A stretch of DNA of 62,629 nucleotides, the filler included, from Dimargaris cristalligena (taxonomy: Eukaryota): NCBI GenBank assembly GCA_003614675.1. It is 2 parts of 2 records of this genome, joined end to end, with 100 filler letters (N's around TTAATTAATTAA, not from the genome) between each part and the next. Parts side by side here need not be neighbours in the genome. Positions count along the whole stretch, not along the records: positions 1 to 31,290 come from ML002444.1; 1 more part is not named here. One strand, given 5' to 3'. The notes beneath the pieces are model-generated. The model was not told where the DNA came from. It did not search any database and was given only the letters and a program-made list of their open reading frames with translations. Shown here in pieces: positions 11,747 through 24,221 of this stretch; position 1 is the first letter of the stretch, and the number at the start of each line of letters is the position of its first letter. The translations under genes and the position numbers were made by a program.

Positions 11747-12086
11747 GCTGCGGCTAACCATCTCCAACGGCTGCTCGATTTGGAGGAGCCATTGAGCAGC
11801 TAAAGGCTTCGGGGATGTGCGGTTTACTAGGAGAGAACTTGGAATCCTACTTACTTATATTCTACCCCGACTTAACAATAACTACACCCGGTGGTCGGCT
11901 CGGAGGAAGCCCCGGGCCATTCATACCGATCGACCGGGACTAGCCTTGCCGTGCGCAGCTTCGGCTGGTTTAGTCAGATTTCCAGCGGTTTAACTCCAAA
12001 GGGAAAACCACTATGTAATATATAATAGACACCCTTGCTCTGGCAGCTCATTTAATGATATTGTGATGACTGGACATAGTTGCAGC
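11747..12086 (+). ncRNA. Candidate ~340-nt multi-helix structured RNA
   Basis: 10-bp terminal helix 11747-11756/12077-12086, several internal hairpins including a C(UUCG)G tetraloop; G-U pairs favour the + strand; class unrecognised. Confidence 0.5.
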
Positions 12087-12520
12087 CCTCGAAAATACAC
12101 TGCCTACTTATTTATATAATCCTGGATCAAACGACCATTATGCAGTGGATCCTGAATTACGAACTGCCTTGTTTATTGGTGCAAGTGAGCCCTCCCTACC
12201 AGCCATGTGCCCGGGTAAAAAACAATCTTTTAGAGCTGCGGACTGATACGTTACGTAAAGATGTTGTTCCTCTTCGGTACGTAGTGCGCAGTTCCTCCCT
12301 TTTGCCTCTCAGATTCAGTTCCTATCGTTTTATACTTACTATTCTTTACTAAAAAATACACCCTCTCCAATATACCCCCCACCCACATTTATTTGCACAG
12401 TACTGGACTATCTCCATTATATTCCGCATTAACACCCGAGAATAACTTTCCAGAGTCTCGTTATTCAAATTTTACATTCCTGACCGAGAATATCTTCCCC
12501 TGCAACTACATTTTACCCAA

Positions 12521-13622
12521 ATGGCGATCAAGCAATTATGCCGTCTGGCCGTCTCGGGCAGTCGCCGGTGGACCAGCTCCACAGCACTTCCCACCTCGCC
12601 GCTTCAATCACACAGCTCCCGCTCCACCCAATGGCGGCATTCGCTGCCCCCGCTTAGAGAGCCGGAGATCGGCCCTTGGACGACCCAGCTCCCATGTCCA
12701 GCGTTTTTTTGCCACCCAGTCCGATTTAAACCTCCCGCCCCAAGACCCGGTTACTCCTAGCGAAGAAGCCCTCTCCGAAGCTCCTCCCGCCGAGGTAGCA
12801 AGCGAAACCGCCGATTACGAAGCCGAATTTAACGGGGAGACCGCAAACGATTCCACGCCCATTGACGAGTGGTTCGTCGATCCCGAGTTCGAAGCCGCCG
12901 CCTCTACCTCCACCACCGCCAGCGGTGCCGATCCTTCCTCGTCAACGGGCCTGTTTTCCTACCCCACGGCCACCGAAGCCGCCGTACCCCGTTGGCAACG
13001 GGCGTCGCGGTCCCCCCTGGACCAAGCGAAATACGACCAGGCGGTGGCCGATGGCTTGCCGTGGGTCCAGGCCCACCCCCTTGCCTACCAATGGACCTCG
13101 CTGGCGACCCTCCCCGACTGGGTCCAGGTGTGCACGGACGTACTTCGTCACGGACGGACCCAACGCATCACCGTGCTGGATATGCGTCGCAAATGCGATT
13201 GGACCGAATACATGGTCATTGCCGAATCGAGTTCCCAGCGCCAAATCTACGCCGCCGTCATGGACCTGCAAAAAACCATCAAATCCCTGCAGAAATACCA
13301 GAAAACCTTCCGGTTCCGGACCGCCGTGGATGGCGCCGACAGTGAGGACTGGATTTTACTTAATTTGGGCCGGATTACCGTCCAGGTCATGACCCCCGCC
13401 GCCCGGGAGGCTTACAACCTAGAGGGTCTGTGGTCGGCCATCCAGGATCCTCTGCTGGAGACTCCCGAACTGTTAGGAGATGATGGTGAGGCGACTATGC
13501 CGATGGACCGGATTCGGGATATCATGAGCCGGGAGTTTAAGGCAAGCGCCCGGGCTAAGGATACCACGTACGAAACCATCACCGAACAGGATACTATTGA
13601 CAGCGTCAATCTACGGTCATAA
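12521..13622 (+). CDS. ATP25: Mitochondrial RsfS/Iojap-domain protein (Atp25 N-terminal / MALSU1-like); start in a different frame from the body
   Basis: ITVLDMRRKCDWTEYMVIAESSSQRQI...DWILLNLGRITVQVMTPAAREAYNLEGLW is the RsfS domain; ATG 12521 opens a presequence-like peptide but needs a +1 shift or alternative splicing to reach the domain. Confidence 0.8.
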
Positions 13623-13894
13623 TATGGTCAACTCTCTTCTAGCCGGTCTCTAGACCCAACACGCCAGTTTCGGATAATCATTTACCTGTATCCCACACCA
13701 TTCCTTACGCACCTCACCTCCCTTCCCCCTCCTTAATTGACCCAACGTTTGTCCAGGCTGTACTGAGACATGAGTAGCCCCTCACAAACCGACTCAGGGA
13801 TAAACGTCAATAATAAATTTTTTTGATTTAAATAATATTTAACGGTATAAATAAAAGGACCTTGTAAAATAGGATGGTACATGGCATACCACCA

Positions 13895-13898
<4 letters not shown>

Positions 13899-13924
<26 letters not shown>
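13899..13924. repeat. (TA)n microsatellite
   Basis: Direct inspection. Confidence 0.9.
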
Positions 13925-13929
<5 letters not shown>

Positions 13930-13993
13930 AATCGCAAATAGATGTATAGGACTATCATTGGGGCATAGTGTCCATCGTTCAGGGTGGTCCGGA

Positions 13994-15268
13994 TCATCGG
14001 CGAGGCTTTTGATCTGGTTCCTTGCAAAGCAATCGGGGGAAAGACGGGTTGTTCTGGGTCAGCATCGATTCCATTTCTGTGCAAATCGCTGTGGGAGTAC
14101 TAAACTCCTATTGAATCAGCCATTCCGGAAAAATAATAAAATAGATTGAAAACACACACACATATATATATATATATATCAAATGATTCAAGGGTGGTGA
14201 TTAGAATGGGTCGTCGAAAATGTAAGTTCATTCCGACGTCATACTACCATTTACTTGAAAATGGCAATGGGTGAAATTAAGCGGGGGGTATATTGGGGTA
14301 GTAGTAGTAGCAAGAGACGCGGTTGTGCTTAGCCAAAAAGGGGTACCCATCTAGTTAATGAGAACACATCATTATATACCACCAGTTGAGCTTATTCCAC
14401 AGTAACGATACGAGAAGTCCCCTCAATCCGGGTAAGGACCAGCGCACCACCGAAACTACATAAAATTAATCAAAGCTTACCATGTATAGCGGCAATGCTT
14501 CCGCAATGGTTTTATAAGCTTTCGCCAAATCTTTGATCCATTGCGTACAAAGCCCGACCAATTTAGCGGTGTTGGCGAGACCCGTGAAGAACTGGGGGGT
14601 CATGTGAAGGCGGGCGAGGCCCCGGTAGTTATCTTCGAAGAGAAGCTTGGTAGCCTCGGTCAGGGCATTGAGAACCATGATGAGTCGGGCTATATGGAAT
14701 TGGAAGCTGACGAGCACGAACCGGGAGGGGATGTTGCTCTTGAGATCCCCTGGCGGATAGGTAGATTTAATAGAAGCGTGTTCCCGGACGATATTTAGCA
14801 TTTTCAAGATGGGGATTTCCTCGACTCGCCTGGTGAGGCGGACCACCTAGGTTAATGGGGCAGATATGGTAATGTGAAAGGGTATGGTTAGTTGAAGCAA
14901 CGGTGAAGCATACCCAGGTATATTTATATATAAGGTGGGGGGGATGAAGAACTCCGGGAATAGCTTACCTGTTGAAGTCGACGGTACCATACGGCATGGC
15001 CCTGTGAATAGTTAAACCGGAGTAAGTATTTACGAAGCACCCCCACTTCATATTTGTATTCCTCGGAATAGAGATACAGCAGACCTTCCAAGGCAGCCAG
15101 TACCGCCTTGAAGGTAGCTGTGCTCTTGGGGGACAGCATGGGGGGATTCCGAGCCAACGAACCCGATACAGTGTTAACCTCGTACCTCGACAGATCGGGG
15201 CATGGTATGCCAGGGAACGGTGGATTCTTCCGGGAGTCCAGGGAAAACTTCGAAGTTTTGCTTTCCAT
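13994..15268 (-). CDS. Probable RNase MRP subunit Rmp1/NEPRO-like protein (exons 15268-14969, 14846-14481, tentative 14107-13994)
   Basis: EVGVLRKYLLRFNYSQGHAVWYRRLQQV resembles the Rmp1/NEPRO N-terminal motif; GTAAGC donors at 14968 and 14480; in-frame acceptor at 14847; last exon uncertain. Confidence 0.5.
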
Positions 15269-15779
15269 AGGGTTTTTTTTGGAGAGTGGTAAATGAGTGA
15301 GGTAATGGGAACAAGTTGTAGAGGGTGAATGCAGTAGATTCAACTATATCTATGGACGGCAATGTGGAAAACCAAAAGAAAAAAAAAAGAAGAAGAAATG
15401 CGCAACAAGCCCAATTCCGGAAGGATAAGAATTTGACATACGCACATAAAAAGAGGTTTTAAAAAAAATAGCAGGCCAATACAGAGATATCGTAGCCCTT
15501 TCCGGATTAAGTTATCGTTGGGCGACGGATCTACAAGCCTGCTGTATATAAATGCTCGTAACTAATCGGCATCTAATAGTCCAATAGTTTGGTTTAAAAA
15601 GATGACAATTGAACTATTACATGTCGATGTGATTAACAGTCAAGATTAGGTGAAAGATAGGGGAATACAGAGTCAATATTGACCGGCAATTAAATATTAT
15701 TGATTCCTTAACCATATAAATAGCCCATAACAATAGAATTCCGAAACAATACCGATTATATTTTAAACAAATGGCTAAA

Positions 15780-18700
15780 CTCCATTGCTTGATTTAGGTA
15801 TAATATCAGGATGAGCTACTCTCCCTAGATGGTTGAGAAGAGCAGAATAGATGATCCAATTTTTTACCTAATGACTCTGATGAGGCAATCACTGCTTCAG
15901 CTTGATATGCAATTAAAATAGATGCATGTCTCATTATATAGCTTATGTCTCAACCATAATGGTGGCTTGACTAAGCCAAATGGCCTATAGAATAGAGAAT
16001 GCTGTAGTAATGCCGCCTGTTTTCTCTTTCATCTCCCACCAACTTTACATTGGGATATACTCAACCACATGCTATGCAGTGATTATATTGGTTTTTAAAT
16101 AATTTCACTAGATATAATCCACCTTGTGAATGCATTTCCTTTAAATATATGTCAGACCACCTAATCTGCTTTAATCCAGACATATTAGTGTCTGTCCTTA
16201 TTAGGCCTTATAGCACCATATTAACCTTCCCAGGGCTACACCTGGTACTATGGGATCCTCCTTTATTATATAATCATTCTCCTTCTTGACTCCGCCTCTT
16301 CATACTAATCACTCAGGTACTGATCCAAAGACTCTTCCAGTTATAACCAGAGTCTTCCCAGTCCTAAATGGCTATCCAGTTGACCTATTTTATCTTACCC
16401 TATTCTTAGTAGTATCCTTCCCCCCTGGGCCTTCCTCTGGAGTTACCCCCACATATATATAACTGGGCCCCATTGGGACTAGTTAGATTCTGGAGCTTAT
16501 TCTTACCCCCCTTAGTTTATCCTAATAAATACTATATATACTCACCTCCCTTGTATTGACTAGTGAATATGCTTGCTGCACATCCCTTACCTATACCTGC
16601 ATTTGTAGCCTTTATTAGTTAGCACCACACCCCTACCTAACACTAAGACCTGCTTAGCCTTGTCCAAGCCCTGTCCACTATTAGAAGCCTATCCTTGGGA
16701 CTCTTGATGGACTAAGAGTAGTTAACTTGGGTGACACCCATACCTCATTGAATAACTAGGCAATGATGGCATCTAGTCTTTCATAGTCAGTCAGCTTCAA
16801 TCCTAAAGATTATTAAGCATAATATATGAGAGATTTATTTTCAACAGTAATATTTACTTCGTCTAACGGATTTTTCATTATACAGCTTGATTGAACCTCT
16901 CCTATATTGATAAATATGAATATAAAAATATACTGCTTGGTGTGACTTAAAGCAGAGCCTCAGAAAAATATTGCTAATAAGGCATCCTCATGTTAAAATT
17001 ACCACTATCTAGTCATCATTTTTAGCACACCTGGTGCCTTTATACTGTAGCTGATGCCTGCCAAAAAGTCTTAATGAAACCACTACCCTAATATATATGA
17101 GTGACCAGCCTGCTCTTAGACACTGTGATACTGAATGAATATTGCTGCTCTAGTTAACTACATTAGATCCACTAAGAGCCCATATGGGTAGATTTCCATT
17201 GGGTATAGTATTGGGAGTACTCATTGTCAAGACTTATCTAACAGGCATGGGGAGTGAAACTATGGAATACAAATTATTATTATTAAGTATCCACTTACTA
17301 GCAATTGAGTGAGCATATAAGAGATGCATTGTAATAAATATGAGAGGTATAAGCAGATGGATAAATAGGTAGCAATCTAAGGGATATTATAATATATCTA
17401 GGCACCATTGGAGGGGGTGTCTTGGATATAATAGCACTAGAGCCAGCCAGAGGCTGTTGTTGTCCAGAAGAAACTGCCAGGAACAAAGAGTCTTTTGATT
17501 ATCAGCTAAGTACAGAAAGCAGAGTCCAACACTACTGATCAAGGGGAGAATGGTGATTATCTTAGCACTAGATATTGGTATGGGAAGGTGATATAGCATA
17601 ATAAGATCCAGTATGACCCAGTCACACATTAAGGCCTTAACCCAATTGAGTTGGATTCACTAGTTCTATAATGCCACAATGTCATAATAATAGGGCCAAT
17701 ATACTCTATCTATAGTCCAGTAGAGACCAATATATAGATATTTTCATTACTAAGCTTGATGATTGCCATTTTGAGAAACCAGAACAGAGAAGATTGGCAG
17801 AAATTGTATTAAATTTTTGAACCTCCACATTTTTATGTTGTATTTGAGTGACTATCATTTGTGTGACCCACATCACTATAGTATTGCAATGGTGCAGTAG
17901 AGGAGATGATGGCCTTTATTCCATAATCTGGAAAAGGAAGTCCTCAGTCAAAGGAATTAGTTGGCATTTCCTCTATCCCACTTATGCTACTGCAGAAGTG
18001 GAGCAGCAATGAAATCAAATGGATGTTGGCTAAGCAAATATCTATTGAATATCACAGTTAGTAAAGTCTGGTTATTGGTGAGATACATCTTAGAAAAATT
18101 ATAAAAGTGTACTACTAATCTACTGTTCTGATACCAGTGTTTCATCTACTCATCCAGTATATCTTGCTTCCATCTTCACTGAGTTATTACACTCTTTACC
18201 CCCCTCTAACCAATTCACCACTTCTATTCCTACCTGCTTTCTAAAACTCCAACTCAACTGCCATCTTCACCAGGCAGTTCCCTTCCTTTGCCAAGGTCCC
18301 CCTGGTTGTGACCATCATTATTAGTACCACTGATCTCAATCCCTGTCCTCATCTTGACCCTATCTCTCATCCTAGCCCCGAGTCCAAGCAAGCCCCCAAT
18401 ATCAAATCGTCCCCACAATCCAAATCTAAAAAAGTCAAGGGAAAAGGTAAGAATACATAAAATTGCTGCTTGGATGTCCTGAACACCGCAGAGCTGTTGT
18501 TTCCTTTTGAAACAAACCTATCACCATCAGCTATCCACCATGTATTGGTTCATAACAATCAGTTCTTTACTTCCATACCCATGCAATCCTGGTCGTCCCA
18601 GTGATAGGCGGAGATTGTTGCTGTGCACCAGTATTATACAACATTAAAGCCAACTCTTGGTCCAATAAACACCCAAAAAGGGTTGACATAGGAGGCCTGC

Positions 18701-18916
18701 AAGGAATACAAGTTGGATTTGATTAAGGGAAATAATGGGTGGTTCGACAGACTATTGAATGCATGTAACTTTAGGCATACTGCTGAATCGAAACCTAAAT
18801 GGCAAACAAACCTGGGGCAAGACAGCGGGAATTATAATAGATTATACCAGAAAGTAATCATTGAAATGGTGTTGGATACGTTGGGGCTGATTTACTTGCC
18901 CTTGGCCGAAGAGTAG
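15780..18916. pseudogene. Heavily decayed, CpG-depleted gene or repeat relic
   Basis: About 4 CpG in 15780-18370 by eye; a + strand frame near 18300-18916 reads like a protein interrupted by few stops; no recognisable family. Confidence 0.45.
16819..16906. repeat. Dispersed repeat, copy 3 (inverted orientation)
   Basis: Matches the reverse complement of ~58349-58437 (ATAATATATGrGAGATTTATTTTCAAC...ACGGATT...TTATACAGC...TTGAACCTCTCC). Confidence 0.85.
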
Positions 18917-19861
18917 TCGGGGCAGGTAGGGGGCTATTCAAAACCTATGGTATATACAGTGTCAAAATGTATAAAAAAAATTGAGACAAATATACTCCAA
19001 TTAGACTACCTACCGTTTAAATAAAGTACATCTGAACCGGCCAGTTTCTAGTGGGTAAGTGGGGTTTTCAGTATACTGCTGTGTGGAGTGTTTATCATAT
19101 AAATACGAGAATACAGCCCTTTCTAACTGCCACAGGTGTGGCTCGATTCAGACATGCATAGTGAAGCTGTTCAGAGTAGCTAGTAACGATGTCAGCCCGT
19201 GTATCATTAGTTTCTTGTGACTCTAAATTGTTGGACAAGTCAACCAAGGCGTCACTTTGAATGATACCGTCGACCCCACATTGATTCATTGGTAAGACGT
19301 AAATGACATTTAGAACTGCCTCTCATTTAAATATATTTAATATCAGCCGGCCTTATAGTCCCCCAAATAATTACTGTGGCGTGTCCGTTTGTTATATACC
19401 ATTTCGGGAGCTGCCTCGACCAAACACATTGGCATTGAGCATGTGTTAGTATTTGTTCATATTGAGTTTGGGAACTAGAAACAAGCAACTATCCGTCATC
19501 TGTTTGCTCTATCCGACTACTTGGTTGGAATCGAGATGTGCTGGTGATGGGATATTATCTGAAGTTGGTCCACGTTTCCAGTCCCATTAGGCGTTTTTCT
19601 ATTAGAATACCATTAAGTCAAGCGTGCGACGATTGATAATCCAGCCACGTCGAATAGCCTAACGACGCTCACGGAAGTTCCGCTAGGTTTATGTGCGCTA
19701 CACGAGGAGAGGCTTGCATAACCACACCCTGGAATCACCGTCTAGGTTTGGTTTCTCGTTTCCATATCCTTTATACTATATTGATTGTCCCCATTGTCAT
19801 AATTCCCCATCCCCTCTTCTTTAATTATATCTATCTATATTTTGCTTCATAGTCTATTAGC

Positions 19862-22800
19862 ATGGACCATCGGCGCGGCACCGCCCCTTTCTTCGTTCGG
19901 GAATTCCTCCCGGCTTGGCAGCTGGGCCCCAGCCCCCATCGCCATACCTTCTACCAAGTCCTACCTTCCACGGAAGACCGAGGTAGTGCCCCGGCCTCCA
20001 ACAACCTGGGCCGGCCCTTCCGAGCGCTATGTAGTACCTGTGACCAGACCCTAACCATCACTTGCACTAACCCGGGACTTAACCACCCGTCCCATCGTTC
20101 CGGCTCCACAGTGTCTACCGGCTGTAGTGAGGGTCCCACCCACCATTTCCATTGGGCCACCGAGCCCCTAGCTTCGACTTCGACTTCGGCGATATCCCCT
20201 TCTACGACTACCACGGTCCCGTCCCAACCCGGGTTACCCCATGCTATTACCGTCAGCTGTTGCCAATGCGCATTCTCCGCTACTGTTCAGTTGGCCCTGC
20301 CCATCATTCCCACATCCGTCCTAACGGCCCTCGAGCGGTCTCGGGTCGAGTCGACCAACCCCGACCACCCCCAAGCCTTGGCCAGTGAGGCCGCGCAGCA
20401 TCTGGGGCGCTGTTTGGAAATCTTCCTGATTTACATTTCGGATGCTTTACGGGGTAATGGGCGGGCCATCAACACCAAGAACAAATCCTTCCGGGAACGG
20501 GTGGGTCTCCACCCTGCCAGCTTGGCCCTTTTTGAAGCCATGGGGTTCGAACTCCGCGCCACACACCTCTACCCCCCGGAATTGAACGATACCGCCCGGG
20601 CGGATTTGCAGCGGGCCCAGGAACAGTTAGCTGTCCATGTGGACCAATTACACCGTAGGCTACACCACGGGGCCGAGCACTCGAAATACCCGTGTTCCGA
20701 AGCCAAGGTAGCCCTCCAAAAGGCCTTGGGAGTCGCTTCCTATCCTAAAAAGAGTGGTGGAGGTGGTGGCGGTAGTTCGGGTCAATCCGCCGATGGTGAC
20801 CCACTGACCTGTTATACGACCCTAGGCTGTGTCAATGATATGGATGACACCGTACTCAATTGGGCTTACCGGATCCTGATCCAGGAGGACCCGGCGGGCA
20901 TTCCACGGTATTTGGACGCCCTGTACGACCTGAGCCTGGCCAGGTCGAGCGACTTACTACGCACTATCATCGAGTCGGAACGAATCGCCCACCATTATAC
21001 CGCCACCGACATCCAAAATGCCTATAAATTTTTCGGTGCCGATGCGACCAAAATATCCGACTATGAACTCGCCTGTCAGTACCGGACCATCCTCCAGGAA
21101 GAGCCCCAGCGGGCGGACCATGCCTTCGCCCAAATGCAGATCCTGGCAGCCAGTCGATCGAGCCTACCCCTGGAAAAATTCCTCCAGGTAGGGGGAGACG
21201 CCGCCTTTGACGAACTCATCCGGGAACTCGACGGCCACCGCACGGTCCCCGCGGGTCTGGAAAACATCGGCAACACGTGTTACCTCAATTCCCTCCTGCA
21301 GTACTACTTCACCATTTTACCCCTGCGGGCGGCCGTGCTTGGGAACGAGGCGCTGTGGAATACGGAACGGGAGTTGGGTCACCGAGACGGTAAGCGGCCG
21401 GTGGTGGCCCAGGAAGTCGATAATTCATTGAGTTTCGTCGATCGGCTCCGCGATTTATTCCAGAATTTGCAAGATACCGCCCAACCCGCCATTCGCCCCG
21501 ACCGTGAATTGGCGCGGCAGTCCCTGACTAATGTGCGCGAGGAAATGAGCCAGACCAACTCCACCCAGTCACCCCCATCTGACCCGGTGTTTGGGCCGGC
21601 TACTGCCCCGATCCCTACTCCGGCTCCTCTCTCTCCTACGGCCAAGGATTCAGCTGATGGCTCCCCCTCCTCCATCCATGCCTCTCCGGGTCTATCGGAA
21701 GCTGAAAGCGACAGTATGGATGTGGACCCAACCGAACAACCGAATACAGTAGCCCAGGAAAACTCACACAGCGAGTCCTCCTTGGCGATGGAATCCGACG
21801 ACGAAGGAAGTTCCCAGAAAAGGGTAAGATTCACCGTGCAGCCTGAGTCGGTAAGCGAACCCATACCCGCAACCACTGAGCAACAGGCCCCCGAGGCCCC
21901 AATCACTCGCCCACCACCTCCGCCCTTGCCTGCGCGACCCACTAAGGTACTGATCACCACACCCGCTTCCAACCAGATGCTCTTTGGGCGGCAGCAGGAT
22001 GTCACCGAATGCATGGAGAATATTATGTATGTTCTCGAAACAGGACTTAAACCCGGAGTCTACGAAGTGCCGCTCATTCCGGTCGATTCCAAAGAAGACC
22101 CGGGCGATCAGAAAGACTCGGCCGCTAACTTCACTCAGGCCGACCCATCCCAAGGGACTCCGCCGGACCCCGCCAAACCCGAACCCGAATTCACATTGGA
22201 ACCTCACGAAGACCCTCGCAAACCGGACGCCAATCTGATCCGGCGGTTATTTTTCGGCGTCACGGACCAATCCCTCTCCTACCACGATCCCCGGACGGAC
22301 CGAACGGTCCATACCACGAAGCCGGAACTGTTCAGCCATCTAATTATCCAAGCGGAAATGGGCCAGGACCTTTATGGCGGCTTGGACACCTACTTTGGCC
22401 AGTCCCAGGTGGCCTACGCCGGGACCCAAGCGACCCGCGAAGTATATGCCGATCACTTGCCCCAGTTCCTTCAGATCCAAATCCAACGGGTGCAGTTCGA
22501 TGTACAGCGCGGTCGCGTGTATAAGAATAATGCCTACATTGCGTTCGAACCTGTCATTTACCTCGATCGGTACCTGGCGGAAAGGCAGGCGGCGCTCACC
22601 GACCGTAAGGACCGGGTGGCCGAGTTGAAACAGCGGATACAGGACGCCACCGAGGCGATTGATCGGATTTTAAAGCAGCCGGTAAGTATAGGAGTGCGAG
22701 GATGCCGTAATTTGGTTGTATTTGATTATTTATATAATCTATGGACTAACCGTTGAAAAGCGAGGGAAGGGAGGATTATTAATTTGCTAGTACCTCCCCT

Positions 22801-23505
22801 CCCCCGTACCTAACTCATCTTTCTTGGTAATCAAGACATTATTTGGCCAGGTGGTTTGTACTGACTACTGCCAGATTGGCTACTATATACTCAAATATCA
22901 TCTCGCCATCTTTGGACCCATTGCACATACCCCGCCTTTATTAGGGCACCTCAACCGAAGTCCCTGATATGCTAAAAACGACCATTAGCTATCTCAAGGC
23001 CGAGCGAGAGCGCTTAGCCAGCCCGCCGGTGATTGCTTCGTCATACGGCTTCTCGGAACTAGCTCCACTAGTCGACATCAGTGAGCCCGATCAGACTGGT
23101 ACAGGGCAGGCCGAAATTCCCAATCTAGGTGCCCACGAATTCGATGACCCCATCGCCAACCTAGAACTGGTGTACGAATCCCTCGAGACCCAGCGCCGGG
23201 ACCACGAATCCCGGCGGACAACTTGGGAAACGGAACTCAAGGACGTGTTCAAGGACCTGACGGACGTCCCCTACCGGGCCCATGCCGTGTTTATGCACCG
23301 GGGTGAGGCCTCCTACGGGCATTACTGGATTTACATTCGGGACCACGTGCATGAGCGTTGGTATAAATACAACGACTCTACCGTCACGCCGGTGGACGCC
23401 GCCCAGGAAGTATTCGCCGATACGACGGGGTCCAATGCGAACCCCTATCTGATTGTATACGTGCGGGACGATCGGCTTACTGAACTGACTCAATCGGTGG
23501 CATAA
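19862..23505 (+). CDS. UBP2: Ubiquitin-specific protease Ubp2 (USP/C19; exons 19862-22681, 22945-23505)
   Basis: Cys box GLENIGNTCYLNSLLQY, QQDVTEC motif, His box HRGEASYGHYWIYI..WYKYND; GTAAGT..TTAG intron 22682-22944 in frame; a further 5' exon is possible. Confidence 0.9.
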
Positions 23506-24221
23506 ACTCCCCCCTCTCCACTCCTACCCTGAATATGCACTTTCCGTGGAGGTATACTCTACCCACCAGAGTAATAAAAGTTCAGGACCCTCTCCTTTGT
23601 TGGATACGGGGCATTTGCATTTATTAGGGTTCCATGACCTCCAATGGATAAATTTATCTCGGACCCATCATTTCGCTTACGTTCTCCCATCATTGCAAAA
23701 TTCGCACACCCAGCACTACCTTATTATTTAGCGCGGACGGGCAAGATGGTCGCTCTTTCGGATGTGTGGCTATGGGGTAGTAAGCCAATTAGCGTCTCTC
23801 TCCCCCATTCTTTACCCGCCAGTATACTGTCAGCCGCCCCCATGTTGAGGCTAATACCAGACCAACGAACTGCGTGCTATACTAAGGGCACTTCTATAAC
23901 AGAACCAATGGCATTATGCGTGAAGCTTTCTACCTAACCATCGCTATTCTTGATCCCCTAACTCGATACTGAAACATTGCTTTTCAGGGCTGGGCCTCTC
24001 TAGGCTAAACTCCCTATACGTTTCAATTGAATAACTCACATCTAAAAATAATGTGGATAAACACTGTATTGGTATTTATTACGAAAAAGGCCAAGCAAGG
24101 AGTTATGCAACTGCATTTGTGGCCGAAAAGATAAAATATGCCGGAAAATCCAAGCCCAATACATAAAATACAGAAGAGGGAATATATAGACCAAATAATG
24201 TTGCGGACTTCTGGGCGCATC

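Noticed and set aside
11856..12011. ATATTCTA and AAACCAC as U17/snR30 m1/m2 motifs
   Set aside because: Both deviate from consensus and are not on opposite sides of a 3'-terminal hairpin followed by ACA
17820..18916. In-frame stops as proof of C>T mutation
   Set aside because: Every stop codon starts with T, so the argument is circular; only CpG depletion and the repeat alignment were used
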